Assembly: GCA_937975685.1 (NCBI GenBank)
Contig: CALJUG010000037.1
Coordinates: 64,963 to 128,962 of the forward strand
DNA from: an uncultured bacterium
GTDB lineage: Bacteria; Planctomycetota; Planctomycetia; Pirellulales; PALSA-1355
DNA length: 64,000 nt
Reading direction: 5' to 3'
Positions 29,569 to 38,062 of the stretch are shown in pieces (within the stretch, counting starts at the first letter, position 1; every line of letters begins with the position of its first letter). Made by a program: the position numbers and the translations under genes. The notes beneath the pieces were generated by a model that searched no databases, was not told the origin of the DNA, and saw only the letters and a program-made list of their open reading frames with translations.

Positions 29569-30069
29569 TCATTTCGCCGCGGGCCGCGCCGGCGAACGTT
29601 CGCCGGGTTTCCACAGCCGCTCGGCAATCTCTTTTGCCTCGCCGCACAGCAGGCTGATGCTGTTGTCTGCCCCGCTGACTCCGGGCAGATACATCCACGC
29701 GCCGTGCTGGCGAACCCAAATCTCCTCTTCGATGTCTCCTTCGTTCCCACAAACGATCGACAGCAGTCCGCGGCAGGAGGCCAATTCCTCCAGCAGCGGC
29801 CGGAACGTTGCTGCCGGCTGTCCGTCAAGGTCGACAACCACCAAATGGACCAGCCATCGGTTGACGTGTTTCAGCGCCGCCGGTCCGTCGGCGCACAAGG
29901 ACGTTTTCCATCCACCGTCTGCGGCCGCCCGCTTGAGCATTTCGCTGCGCTCGGGAGAGGCCGACACGATCAAGCAGTTGAAAACGTTCACCAGCTTGGC
30001 GGCGCGCCGGGAGTACTTTTGATGTACTTGCCCCCGGACGCTGAGCGTCTTCGTGTCGCGATAAGGCAT
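29569..30069 (-). CDS. Atypical receiver-like (pseudo-receiver?) domain protein
   Basis: 'VHLVVVDLDGQP' resembles the phospho-acceptor strand of CheY-like receivers, but the N-terminal acidic pair is replaced ('LIVSASPE'). It lies downstream of a sigma-54 activator, across an 840-bp non-coding gap. Confidence 0.35.
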   Translation of the reverse strand: MPYRDTKTLSVRGQVHQKYSRRAAKLVNVFNCLIVSASPERSEMLKRAAADGGWKTSLCADGPAALKHVNRWLVHLVVVDLDGQPAATFRPLLEELASCRGLLSIVCGNEGDIEEEIWVRQHGAWMYLPGVSGADNSISLLCGEAKEIAERLWKPGERSPARPAAK

Positions 30070-30907
30070 GTGTGGTCTTCTGCAATCGGTAACAGGGACT
30101 GGATTCTGTCAGGGTCTGCTCTACCTTGGTGCTCGTCGGTTCCCTTCCGATCCTTCGATTGCCAGACCGTCTCGTGAGCGAGCCGTATAGCAAAGGCGCC
30201 GACCCGCAATCGAGTGCGGCCAGACGCATCACGTTGTCACCAAAGCTCCGCCTCTTGCTCTGTGCCGTTGTCTTTCTCTGCGCAGTTGTCCTTGCCATCC
30301 TTCCAAGTTCCCTACAGCGGCACGGCTCAGCCCCTATCGCGCCGTGCTCTCCCAGGCGAACCGCCGCGAGGATCCTTCTCGTGCGAAGCGCCGGGATTGC
30401 CACCGGCGACAAAGGCAAGTGGCGTACCGTGCCGCTACGATCAATACAAAAGCGCCAGAACGTGCCACATTTCCGGCAAATATGCGGCTCTGCGCTTGTC
30501 GCGCAGCGACTTGCGCCCGAAGCATCGCCGGGACCGTTTTTCACAACCTTGGTGATGCCAACGGCGCGAATGGAGCGTAAGTTGATGCGCGGTGTCGCCT
30601 TGCCACGAGCGTCATCACATCGGTGAAAGCTCACCGCGATGGTGAGGGCCGGCGGCCGAAGAATTCGCCTAACTCACACAGCCTGTCGCGGTTTTTTTGA
30701 CGCGATGCCTGTGCGAAGTGGTGAGGTCCTAACGCGAATGGTGAAAGCAGCCGGCGAGAAATGGGCGCCGGGCGAGGGGAGCGTGAACCCGCGCGATCAG
30801 GATGCGCGGCGCTGCCAGCAGGCAGTGCTAGCAAGCGAAACGGCTTCTGCGGGAAGCCATCTGCTCAGTGAGAGATGACGAGAGATGGCCCAGCCGGGAA
30901 GCGCGAT

Positions 30908-31939
30908 CTAACGCGGGCGCGGACGCGGGCCCTGAGCCAGGCGCCAGGAACTGGAAGAACCGGGTTGATCGGCTTCCATCTGGGCAAGCATCCGCGTGAG
31001 CGTGTTGGCGTGCACGCCCAGCAGCTTCGCCGCTCGGCCCTTGTGGCCGCGCGTCGTCGCCAGGGCCTGCTGAATAGCCGCCACGCGCAGCTTCGTCAGG
31101 TCCATGTACGGCAGGGGGGCATGATCCTGGGGCAGCGGCTGCGTCTCGGCATGCGGCAAGATCGGGGCACAATCGAGCACGTACGACTGCTCGATAATGT
31201 GCGAGAGCTGACGCACGTTGCCCGGCCAGGGAAACTCGCAGAAACGCTTGAGCGTGTCGGCATCCGGCTTCCAGACGTCGCGCTGGTAGCGCTGGGCGCA
31301 GCGGCGGGAGAAAAAGTCGATGAACTCGGGGATGTCTTCCACCCGCTCGCGCAGGGGCGGCACCCGGAGTTCCACCAGGTTGAGCCGGTAGTACAGATCC
31401 TCGCGGAAGCGGCCTTCGGCCACGTCGAGCTCGAGATCGCGGTTCGTGGCGGCCACGATCTGCACGTCGATCGGCACCGGATGAGCCGCACCGACGGGCG
31501 TCACCTCGAGTTCCTGCAGCACGCGCAGCAGCTTGGGCTGCAACTCGAGCGGCATTTCGCCCACTTCGTCCAGGAAAACGGTCCCTCCTTCGGCGGCGCG
31601 GAACACGCCTAGCGAGCGACCTGCGGCGCCGGTGAACGAGCCGCGTTCGTGTCCAAACAGTTGGCTTTCGGCCAGGGTGACGGTCAACGCGGCACAGTTG
31701 ACCGGAATGAAAGGCTTCTGCGAGCGGGGCCCTTGCTGGTGAATCAAGCGGCCCCAGAGTTCTTTGCCTGTGCCGGTCTCGCCCGAGACCAGCACCGTGC
31801 AGTCGGCCTTGGCGGCGCGCTGGGCGTGCTGGGCCACTTGCCTGACGGCCATGTTCTGCCCAAGTACCCAGTCATTCGGCGCGGAAGCGGAACGCTTCGC
31901 CGCGTCGATGCTGGGGGCAATCGACGAGTGATCAGCCAT
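30908..31939 (-). CDS. Sigma-54-dependent transcriptional activator (bEBP) consisting only of AAA+ and Fis-type HTH domains, with no N-terminal sensory/receiver domain
   Basis: Walker A 'GETGTGKE', a GAFTGA-variant '[10 protein letters not shown]', Walker B '[10 protein letters not shown]', arginine fingers in '[10 protein letters not shown]' and a C-terminal HTH '[16 protein letters not shown]'. Only about 30 aa precede the AAA+ core. Confidence 0.85.
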   Translation of the reverse strand: MADHSSIAPSIDAAKRSASAPNDWVLGQNMAVRQVAQHAQRAAKADCTVLVSGETGTGKELWGRLIHQQGPRSQKPFIPVNCAALTVTLAESQLFGHERGSFTGAAGRSLGVFRAAEGGTVFLDEVGEMPLELQPKLLRVLQELEVTPVGAAHPVPIDVQIVAATNRDLELDVAEGRFREDLYYRLNLVELRVPPLRERVEDIPEFIDFFSRRCAQRYQRDVWKPDADTLKRFCEFPWPGNVRQLSHIIEQSYVLDCAPILPHAETQPLPQDHAPLPYMDLTKLRVAAIQQALATTRGHKGRAAKLLGVHANTLTRMLAQMEADQPGSSSSWRLAQGPRPRPR

Positions 31940-32112
31940 CTATCAGCAACACCTTTGACAGTGGAACCGGCGCTGTTGCCCCTGCAGCCGGTTCGATCCA
32001 TCGACGCCGCACTTCTTGGCCGCCGCGACTAGTGCGTACGCCGGGTTAGAGACTCATTAGCCACTCAACAAGGCCCGTTTGGTTACCACGACACATATAC
32101 GTGCCGACGATT

Positions 32113-32148
32113 GCCGTTTATTCTAGATGCCTACCAAAAACAATGCAA
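32113..32148 (-). promoter_or_regulatory. Sigma-70-like promoter (TTGCAT-17 nt-TAGAAT) upstream of the sigma-54 activator gene
   Basis: The minus strand reads 'TTGCATtgtttttggtaggcatcTAGAAT' inside a distinctly AT-rich 220-bp block (32040-32262). Confidence 0.4.
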
Positions 32149-32210
32149 ACTCAGTCGTAGTTGTTGTGGCAGAACGTTTTGCGCAAACATGAAAATGCTG
32201 TGTTCGCCAG

Positions 32211-32238
32211 AAAAAAAGCGCGCCGAAATCACCGCGCA
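32211..32238 (-). terminator. Candidate intrinsic terminator downstream of the methyltransferase gene
   Basis: The minus strand reads 'cctGCGCGgtgatttcggCGCGCttttttt', a 5-bp GC stem followed by a T7 run. Confidence 0.35.
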
Positions 32239-32262
32239 GGAAGGATGGCGATTTTGTGAGTT

Positions 32263-33021
32263 CTAGGGCGAAGCTTCGCCCCGCTTGAAGAACATAAGGT
32301 GTTGCCAGGGCAGCTCATCGAACGACTCGGCCAGCTCTAGGCCGTTGGCGGGGAACTCCTTCATGATCTGCTTCTTGCTCATCTTATGCAGCCGCTTGAT
32401 TGGCACGCTGGCGTCTTCGAGCCGAAACTCGGCCAGCGCGATCCGACCCTCGGGTTTCAGCGCCTCGCGCATCGCGGAGAGCATTTCGGCCGGGTGTGAA
32501 AACTCGTGATACACGTCCACCAGCAGGATCAAATCGACCGAGTTGGGCTCGAGCTTGGGGTCGATTTGCGTGCCGTGGATGAGCTCAATATTCGTGAGCC
32601 CGGCCTCCTTGGCCCGCTCCTCGAGCATGTGCAGCATCTCCGGCTGGATGTCCACGGCCAACACGCGGCCCTGCTCGCCGACCAGCTTCGCCAACTGCAG
32701 CGTGTAGAAGCCGTTGCCGCAACCGATGTCGCACACCGTCTGGCCGGGCTTGACGTTCAGGGCTTTCAGCAGCGTCTCGCAGTCTTCTTCGCGCTGCCGC
32801 GATTCGCGCATCAGCCAGGGCGCGCCCAGGTAGTGCATCGTCGTGGCAATCTTGCGTCCCATGTAGCCGGGCTTGGCCGGCGGAATCTCCTCGGTCGAAG
32901 AGCCGTCGGCTTGGGCCGCCTCTTGAGCCGGCGCCGCGGGTAGACGCACGACGAGTTGCACGAGAAAGAGCAGCGCGATGCTGGCGATCCAACGTCGAGG
33001 CGGAACTTGCAGGTCTGGCAT
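32263..33021 (-). CDS. Class I SAM-dependent methyltransferase with an N-terminal signal/anchor
   Basis: SAM-binding motif I 'VCDIGCGNGFYTLQLA', with an acidic 'VLAVDIQPEM' and 'SVDLILLVDVYHEF'. The start was trimmed to ATG (MPDLQVPPRRWIASIALLFLV). Confidence 0.75.
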   Translation of the reverse strand: MPDLQVPPRRWIASIALLFLVQLVVRLPAAPAQEAAQADGSSTEEIPPAKPGYMGRKIATTMHYLGAPWLMRESRQREEDCETLLKALNVKPGQTVCDIGCGNGFYTLQLAKLVGEQGRVLAVDIQPEMLHMLEERAKEAGLTNIELIHGTQIDPKLEPNSVDLILLVDVYHEFSHPAEMLSAMREALKPEGRIALAEFRLEDASVPIKRLHKMSKKQIMKEFPANGLELAESFDELPWQHLMFFKRGEASP

Positions 33022-33232
33022 AAGGAGACGTCCACGGGCTGGGAGCACGATTGGGGCGGCACCCGCGCTCTCGGCGAGCACACGATCCTGCCATGATAGC
33101 CCAAATCCACCGGGCAAGACACGACTTCCGGCGGTCGAGCGCTCGAGCCCCGGACGCTACAATCGATGCCGGCAGCCACCCGTGCGGCAATTCTTGCCAG
33201 CAAGCCGGGGCCATGAGCGCGAAGTGAGCCCG

Positions 33233-34513
33233 ATGCCGACGTTGAAACGCGAATCAGGCGAAGGACCCCGGCCCGGGGAGACGCCCTCGGGCCAGAGCAG
33301 TGCGGCGCGGCGCGAGCAGTTCATCCCGCTGCGCAAGGCCGACCTGGACGACGCGCTACTGGCCGGATTCGACGTGCCTCCGGCCGATGGGACGCAATTC
33401 CGCCGCTTCGCCCGCATGCTGCACGCCGTGGTGCACAGCGAGTTTCTGGGTGAGTTCGAGGCGCTCAAGGACGCCTACGCTCCGTTCGATCCCGACTCGG
33501 ATACCCAGTGCCCGGCGGAAACCTCCGAGGAGCAAAGAGACGCGCTGCGCCGACGGATGTTCGACCGGTTCGAGTGGTTGCTTTCTCGGGGCAACTTCAT
33601 TCGCCTGGCCGAAGAAGAGATCAACGCGGCGCTCAACACGCGCAGCCACTGGGGATTGCACCTGACGGTCGACTTCGAGCTGTTCGACCGTCTCGAGCTC
33701 TACTACCGCGGCGACACCTTCGGCACCCGCTACCGCCGGCGGCTGCTGAATCGCTTTCGTCCCGAAGAAGTTCGGGTGCCGATCTATCAGCGGTTGGTCG
33801 TCATCTTTCGGCTGCGGCCCGGGCAGAAGACGTCTCGAATCTTCGACACCGAGGCCGTGTACATCAAGCTCTTCAAGGAGATCCCCAAGCTCGATCTCGA
33901 CATGCTGCTCCCCGAGACGCAAGTGCGGATGACGCTGCTGGACCGCATGCGCGTGATGCTGCCCACGCTGACGGGGATCGGCATCGCCGTTTACAAGATG
34001 GTCTGGGCCCTGGCGCTGACGTTCGGTTCGACGCTGGCTCTGTTGGGACTGATCGGCGGCACAGTCGGCTACGGCGTCCGCTCGCTATACGGTTATTTGA
34101 ACACGCGGCAGAAGTACCAGCTCAACCTGACGCAGAGCCTGTACTACCAGAACATCGACAACAATGCCGGCGTCATTCACCGGCTGCTCGACGAAGCCGA
34201 CGAGCAGGAAAACCGCGAGGTGCTCATTTCCTACTTCTTCCTCTGGCGCCAGGCTCCCCAGGACGGCTGGACGGCCGAGGAACTCGACCGCGCCGTCGAG
34301 CACTGGTTGCATGCCCATACCGAGCAGCACATCGACTTCGAGATCGCCGACGCCTTGAACAAGCTGAAGCGGTTCGCCTTGGCCGAGGTTCACCAGGGGC
34401 GTTGGAAGGCCTTGCCGATCGAGCGTGCGATTTCTGCGCTAGTGGATCGCTGGAGTCGCTGGCCGGACGAACCGGCTGCCGGCGGCGAAGCCGTTCAGGA
34501 CAGCGAAGCGTAG
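33233..34513 (+). CDS. DUF3754 (TMEM143-like) membrane protein
   Basis: The start was moved to ATG (MPTLKRESGEG). Length, a two-helix hydrophobic hairpin 'IGIAVYKMVWALALTFGSTLALLGLIGGTVGYG' and flanking conserved regions recall the DUF3754 family. The family assignment is from memory. Confidence 0.5.
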   Translation: MPTLKRESGEGPRPGETPSGQSSAARREQFIPLRKADLDDALLAGFDVPPADGTQFRRFARMLHAVVHSEFLGEFEALKDAYAPFDPDSDTQCPAETSEEQRDALRRRMFDRFEWLLSRGNFIRLAEEEINAALNTRSHWGLHLTVDFELFDRLELYYRGDTFGTRYRRRLLNRFRPEEVRVPIYQRLVVIFRLRPGQKTSRIFDTEAVYIKLFKEIPKLDLDMLLPETQVRMTLLDRMRVMLPTLTGIGIAVYKMVWALALTFGSTLALLGLIGGTVGYGVRSLYGYLNTRQKYQLNLTQSLYYQNIDNNAGVIHRLLDEADEQENREVLISYFFLWRQAPQDGWTAEELDRAVEHWLHAHTEQHIDFEIADALNKLKRFALAEVHQGRWKALPIERAISALVDRWSRWPDEPAAGGEAVQDSEA

Positions 34514-34968
34514 CCCCCGCGGAAGTAGACCAGCGGCTTGCCTTCGCGGACGTGCGCGCCCTCGACCTCGCCGACGACGATCGTGTGATCGCCGCCGGGC
34601 AGCAAGTCGACGATCTTGCATTCGATCGAGGTCACCGTGTCGTGAATCAACGGCGCGCCGGTCGCGCCGTCGGTGTAGCCCACCTCGCGAAACTGGTCGC
34701 CTTCGCTGGCAGCGAACCGCCGCGAGACCGCTTCCTGGTCCTCGTTGAGGATGTTCACCGCGAAGAAATGATCTTTCTCCAGGTGATCGTGAATCTTGGC
34801 CCGCTTGTCGATGCAAATCAGCACCAGGGGCGGCTCGAGCGATAGCGACGTGAAAGCGGTCACCGTGATGCCCGCCGGCTCGCCGCTCTTGAGCTTTGAA
34901 GTGACGACCGTCACGGCCGCGGCAAAGTGCCCCAGCGCCCGGCGAAAATCAGCTTTGTCGATCGGCAT
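34495..34968 (-). CDS. Flavin reductase-like (FMN-binding split-barrel) protein
   Basis: 'FRRALGHFAAAVTVVTS', 'GITVTAFTSLSLEPPLVLICI', and 'HTIVVGEV' with a nearby G-x-PL-x-Y are typical of HpaC/RutF-like flavin reductases. The start was moved to ATG (MPIDKADF). Confidence 0.75.
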   Translation of the reverse strand: MPIDKADFRRALGHFAAAVTVVTSKLKSGEPAGITVTAFTSLSLEPPLVLICIDKRAKIHDHLEKDHFFAVNILNEDQEAVSRRFAASEGDQFREVGYTDGATGAPLIHDTVTSIECKIVDLLPGGDHTIVVGEVEGAHVREGKPLVYFRGGYASLS

Positions 34969-35498
34969 CCAATGGCCTCCGCGAATACCTTGGTTCATTC
35001 AGTGGGTGCCGACGTTCGCCAATCGACGACGGGCATCCACGGTCGAGCATACCGCAATGCGCTTTCGACGTCAGGTCGGCCGCCGGGCTGGCCGAAATCG
35101 CGCTGCACACCCTTGCGCGGTTCGGCAAATGGTCCGCCTAAGTGTTGCGCTGCTTTGCGGTTCGGCATACGAGCCTCGGGCGGGGCGTTGACAGCCCACG
35201 GGGGAAATCTAATAACGACTCTGCTGACTACAGAAACTTTTCCGGACAGGCAATCAGGGCATGAAGCTCGCTATGTCATCGAACGCTCGCGGACGGAGCC
35301 GTCTTCACGACGCGTCCCCATCGCCGCCGGAACAAGGTCGCTTCTTGCGTGGCACCGCTGCCACGAATCGAAGGTCACAGCAATGATGCACCGGCCGCGT
35401 TGCCGGCCACTTTCTAACGTGCGGATGTGACCAGAAGCTGGCGCTCATGGGTTTGAGCGTCAGTACGTTTCCCCGTTCCTTTTGAAGGAGTGAATGAG

Positions 35499-35879
35499 AT
35501 GAGAGGAAAGATCGGACTCGCCATCGTGCTGCTGACGGCCGTTGCCTGGCTGGCCAGTGAGAGCCAGTCGTTTGCCGGACGTCGCCATTGCCGAGGCGGC
35601 CGTTGCGGTGGTTGGAGCAGTTGTGGGACCGCCTGTGCACCCGTGTCGACCTGCGGGCCGTCGGGCTGCGGCGTGGCGCCCGAGGCCGCGCCGGAAGCTG
35701 CGGCACCGGCTGCTCCCAGCCCCTCGGATAGTGCCCCTCCGGCCCCTGAAGCCCCGTCGGCCGACGCGAGTTCGTCGGAGGAGGCTCCGCAAGTCGCCCA
35801 GGCGACCACGGTCAGCCAGCCGGTCCGGTACTACAACGCGAGTCGCCGCGCTCGCCGCGGATGGTTCCGCCGGCGCTAG
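35499..35879 (+). CDS. Small secreted Cys-rich, Ala/Pro-rich hypothetical protein
   Basis: Signal peptide 'MRGKIGLAIVLLTAVAWLASES', then 'RRHCRGGRCGGWSSCGTACAPVSTCGPSGCG' and an Ala/Pro/Glu tail. It is preceded by an unusually strong SD sequence 'gaaggagtgaatgagATG'. Confidence 0.4.
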   Translation: MRGKIGLAIVLLTAVAWLASESQSFAGRRHCRGGRCGGWSSCGTACAPVSTCGPSGCGVAPEAAPEAAAPAAPSPSDSAPPAPEAPSADASSSEEAPQVAQATTVSQPVRYYNASRRARRGWFRRR

Positions 35880-36118
35880 TTCGTCGACCGCTGAATTCCA
35901 ACGAGAAGCCGAGCCGGGGCCGGCGCCGCACGACGGCGCGCCCCGGCTCGCAGCGTTTCTTGCGGTCACGAGGGGGAGAACACTGCCAGCGCCAAGAGCA
36001 CCCGAGGGGGTCAGCGGGGGACAAGTATCCTCACGCCCGGTAAAATAGACGCTCGTGCGCGTTTCGAGACGTTCGAACGAACGTGCCACGCGGAGCTTTG
36101 CGCAGGTGGGAGTCATCG

Positions 36119-38047
36119 ATGCCGGACAATGCGGGATTTGCCGGGCTGCGAGTCGCGGCCTTCGAGAGCCGCCGCTCCAGTGAAATGGCCGCCATGATCG
36201 AGCGCTTCGGCGGCGTGGCCTCGGTCAGTCCCTCGATGCGCGAAGTCCCCATCGCCGAGAATCGCGAAGCCATCGACTTCGCCCACCGCGTGATCACCGG
36301 GCAGATCGACGTCTTCATCCTGATGACCGGCGTCGGCGTGCGGCACCTGCTGGCCGAAGTCGAACGGCACGTTGATCGGCAGCGATTCCTCGAGGCGATC
36401 TCCGACATCGTCACCATTGTCCGCGGGCCGAAGCCGACCGCCGTGCTCAAGGAACTGGGGCTCAAGCCCACGCACCGCGTGCCCGAGCCGAACACCTGGC
36501 GCGAGGTGCTCTCCACGATCGATCGCGAAGGCATCCACGTCGCGCAACAGAACGTCGGCCTGCAGGAATACGGGCTGCCCAATGCCAGCCTCGTGGCCGG
36601 GCTCGAAGCCCGCGGGGCGCGCGTCCATACGGTACGCGTCTATAAGTGGGACCTGCCGGTGGACGTCGCGCCACTCGAAGCGAACGTGCGCGCGATCGCG
36701 GCCGGCGAGATCGACGTGGCGATGTTCACCTCCGCCCACCAAGTGGTGAACCTGCTACGCGTGGCCGACCGGCTCGAGCTCGGCGCGGCGCTACGCGACG
36801 GGCTGGCTGCGGTGATGATCGCGTCGATCGGCCCCACGACCAGCGAGGCGCTGCGCGAATTCGGCCTGCACGTGGACCTGGAACCCGAGCATCCGAAGAT
36901 GGGGCAGCTCGTGGCCGCCGCGGCCAGGGGGGCCGCGGAGTTGGCGCGCCAGAAGAACCAGCCGCGCATCGTGCCCGCCGACGTGGCAGCAGACATCGAC
37001 GCGTCCGCGCTCGCCGGGCCGTGGGACGAGGGACCGTTCATGAAGGCCTGCCGACGGCAGCCTTCCGACCGCACGCCCATCTGGCTGATGCGCCAGGCTG
37101 GCCGGTACATGAGCGAGTACCGCGCGGTGCGCGACAAGGTGTCGTTTCTCGAACTGTGCAAGAACCCCGAACTCTCGGCCGAGGTGATGGTCACGGCGGT
37201 CGACAAGCTGGGCGTCGACGCGGCGATCATCTTCTCTGACTTGCTGCCGATTCTGGAACCGATGGGACTAGAGTTGGAATTCACGCCCGGCGACGGGCCC
37301 GTGATTCACAACCCGCTGCGCGAGTCCGCCGACGTCGAGCGGTTTCGCGAGCTCGATTCGGTCGAGCCGCTCGATTTCGTGATGCAAACAGTCAAGCACA
37401 CGCGGGCCGGCATCGCCTCGTCGATCCCCGTCATCGGGTTTTCCGGCGCGCCGTTCACGCTGGCCAGCTATGCCATCGAAGGCGGCGGCAGCCGCAACTA
37501 CGCACACACCAAGATGCTGATGTACCGCGACGCCGGCGCGTGGCATGCGATCATGGGCCGGCTGGCCCGCGCCGTGGCGCGCTACCTGGCCGGCCAGATC
37601 GCCGCCGGCGCGCAGGCCGTGCAATTGTTCGATTCCTGGGCCGGCTGCCTGGGCGTGGAAGACTATCGCCGCTACGCGTTTCCCTACACGAAGGCGATCA
37701 TCGACGCGCTGCCGCCCGGTGTGCCGGTGATCAACTTCGCCACGGGCAACCCCGCCCTGCTGCCGCTGTTAGCGCAGGCCGGTGGCGACGTGATCGGCGT
37801 CGACTGGCGCATTGAACTCGACGAGGCCTGGCGGTTGGTCGGCAGCGACAAGGGAGTGCAGGGCAATCTCGATCCTACCGTGCTGCTGTCGGATCGCGAG
37901 ACGATTCGCCGCCGCGCGCACGACGTGCTCAAGCGGGCCGCCGGACGGCCGGGCCACATTTTCAACCTGGGTCACGGCGTGTTGCCGCAAACGCCGGTCG
38001 AGAACGTGCAGTACCTGGTCGAGGTCGTCCGCGAAGCGAACGCTTGA
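36119..38047 (+). CDS. hemDE: Fusion protein: uroporphyrinogen-III synthase (HemD-like, N-terminal about 300 aa) joined to uroporphyrinogen decarboxylase (HemE, C-terminal about 340 aa)
   Basis: The C-terminal half has the canonical UroD N-terminus 'DRTPIWLMRQAGRYMSEYR', plus 'LCKNPELSAEV' and 'DAAIIFSDLLPILEPMG'. The N-terminal half shows the duplicated HemD half-domains ('DVFILMTGVGVRHLL', 'DVAMFTSAHQVVNLL', 'IASIGPTTSEAL'). The start was moved to ATG (MPDNAGFAG). Confidence 0.8.
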   Translation: MPDNAGFAGLRVAAFESRRSSEMAAMIERFGGVASVSPSMREVPIAENREAIDFAHRVITGQIDVFILMTGVGVRHLLAEVERHVDRQRFLEAISDIVTIVRGPKPTAVLKELGLKPTHRVPEPNTWREVLSTIDREGIHVAQQNVGLQEYGLPNASLVAGLEARGARVHTVRVYKWDLPVDVAPLEANVRAIAAGEIDVAMFTSAHQVVNLLRVADRLELGAALRDGLAAVMIASIGPTTSEALREFGLHVDLEPEHPKMGQLVAAAARGAAELARQKNQPRIVPADVAADIDASALAGPWDEGPFMKACRRQPSDRTPIWLMRQAGRYMSEYRAVRDKVSFLELCKNPELSAEVMVTAVDKLGVDAAIIFSDLLPILEPMGLELEFTPGDGPVIHNPLRESADVERFRELDSVEPLDFVMQTVKHTRAGIASSIPVIGFSGAPFTLASYAIEGGGSRNYAHTKMLMYRDAGAWHAIMGRLARAVARYLAGQIAAGAQAVQLFDSWAGCLGVEDYRRYAFPYTKAIIDALPPGVPVINFATGNPALLPLLAQAGGDVIGVDWRIELDEAWRLVGSDKGVQGNLDPTVLLSDRETIRRRAHDVLKRAAGRPGHIFNLGHGVLPQTPVENVQYLVEVVREANA

Positions 38048-38062
38048 GTCGCCGGCGACGCC

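Noticed and set aside
30447-30470. A sigma-54 -24/-12-like element on the minus strand (TGGCACgttcTGGCGC).
   Set aside because: The spacing is GG-N9-GC rather than N10, and the -12 box is not TTGCW. It is too weak to call. It remains a lead for a matrix scan only.
29825-30634. A 269-aa ORF on the minus strand spanning the non-coding gap.
   Set aside because: The composition (Arg/Ala/Gly/Thr-rich, no hydrophobic core periodicity) is not protein-like. It also overlaps the better-supported receiver-like ORF.
32266-32281. A 16-bp perfect palindrome, GGGCGAAGCTTCGCCC.
   Set aside because: It overlaps the last codons and stop of the methyltransferase gene. No T-tract follows on the minus strand. 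It is probably a coding coincidence, and the better terminator candidate is at 32211-32238.
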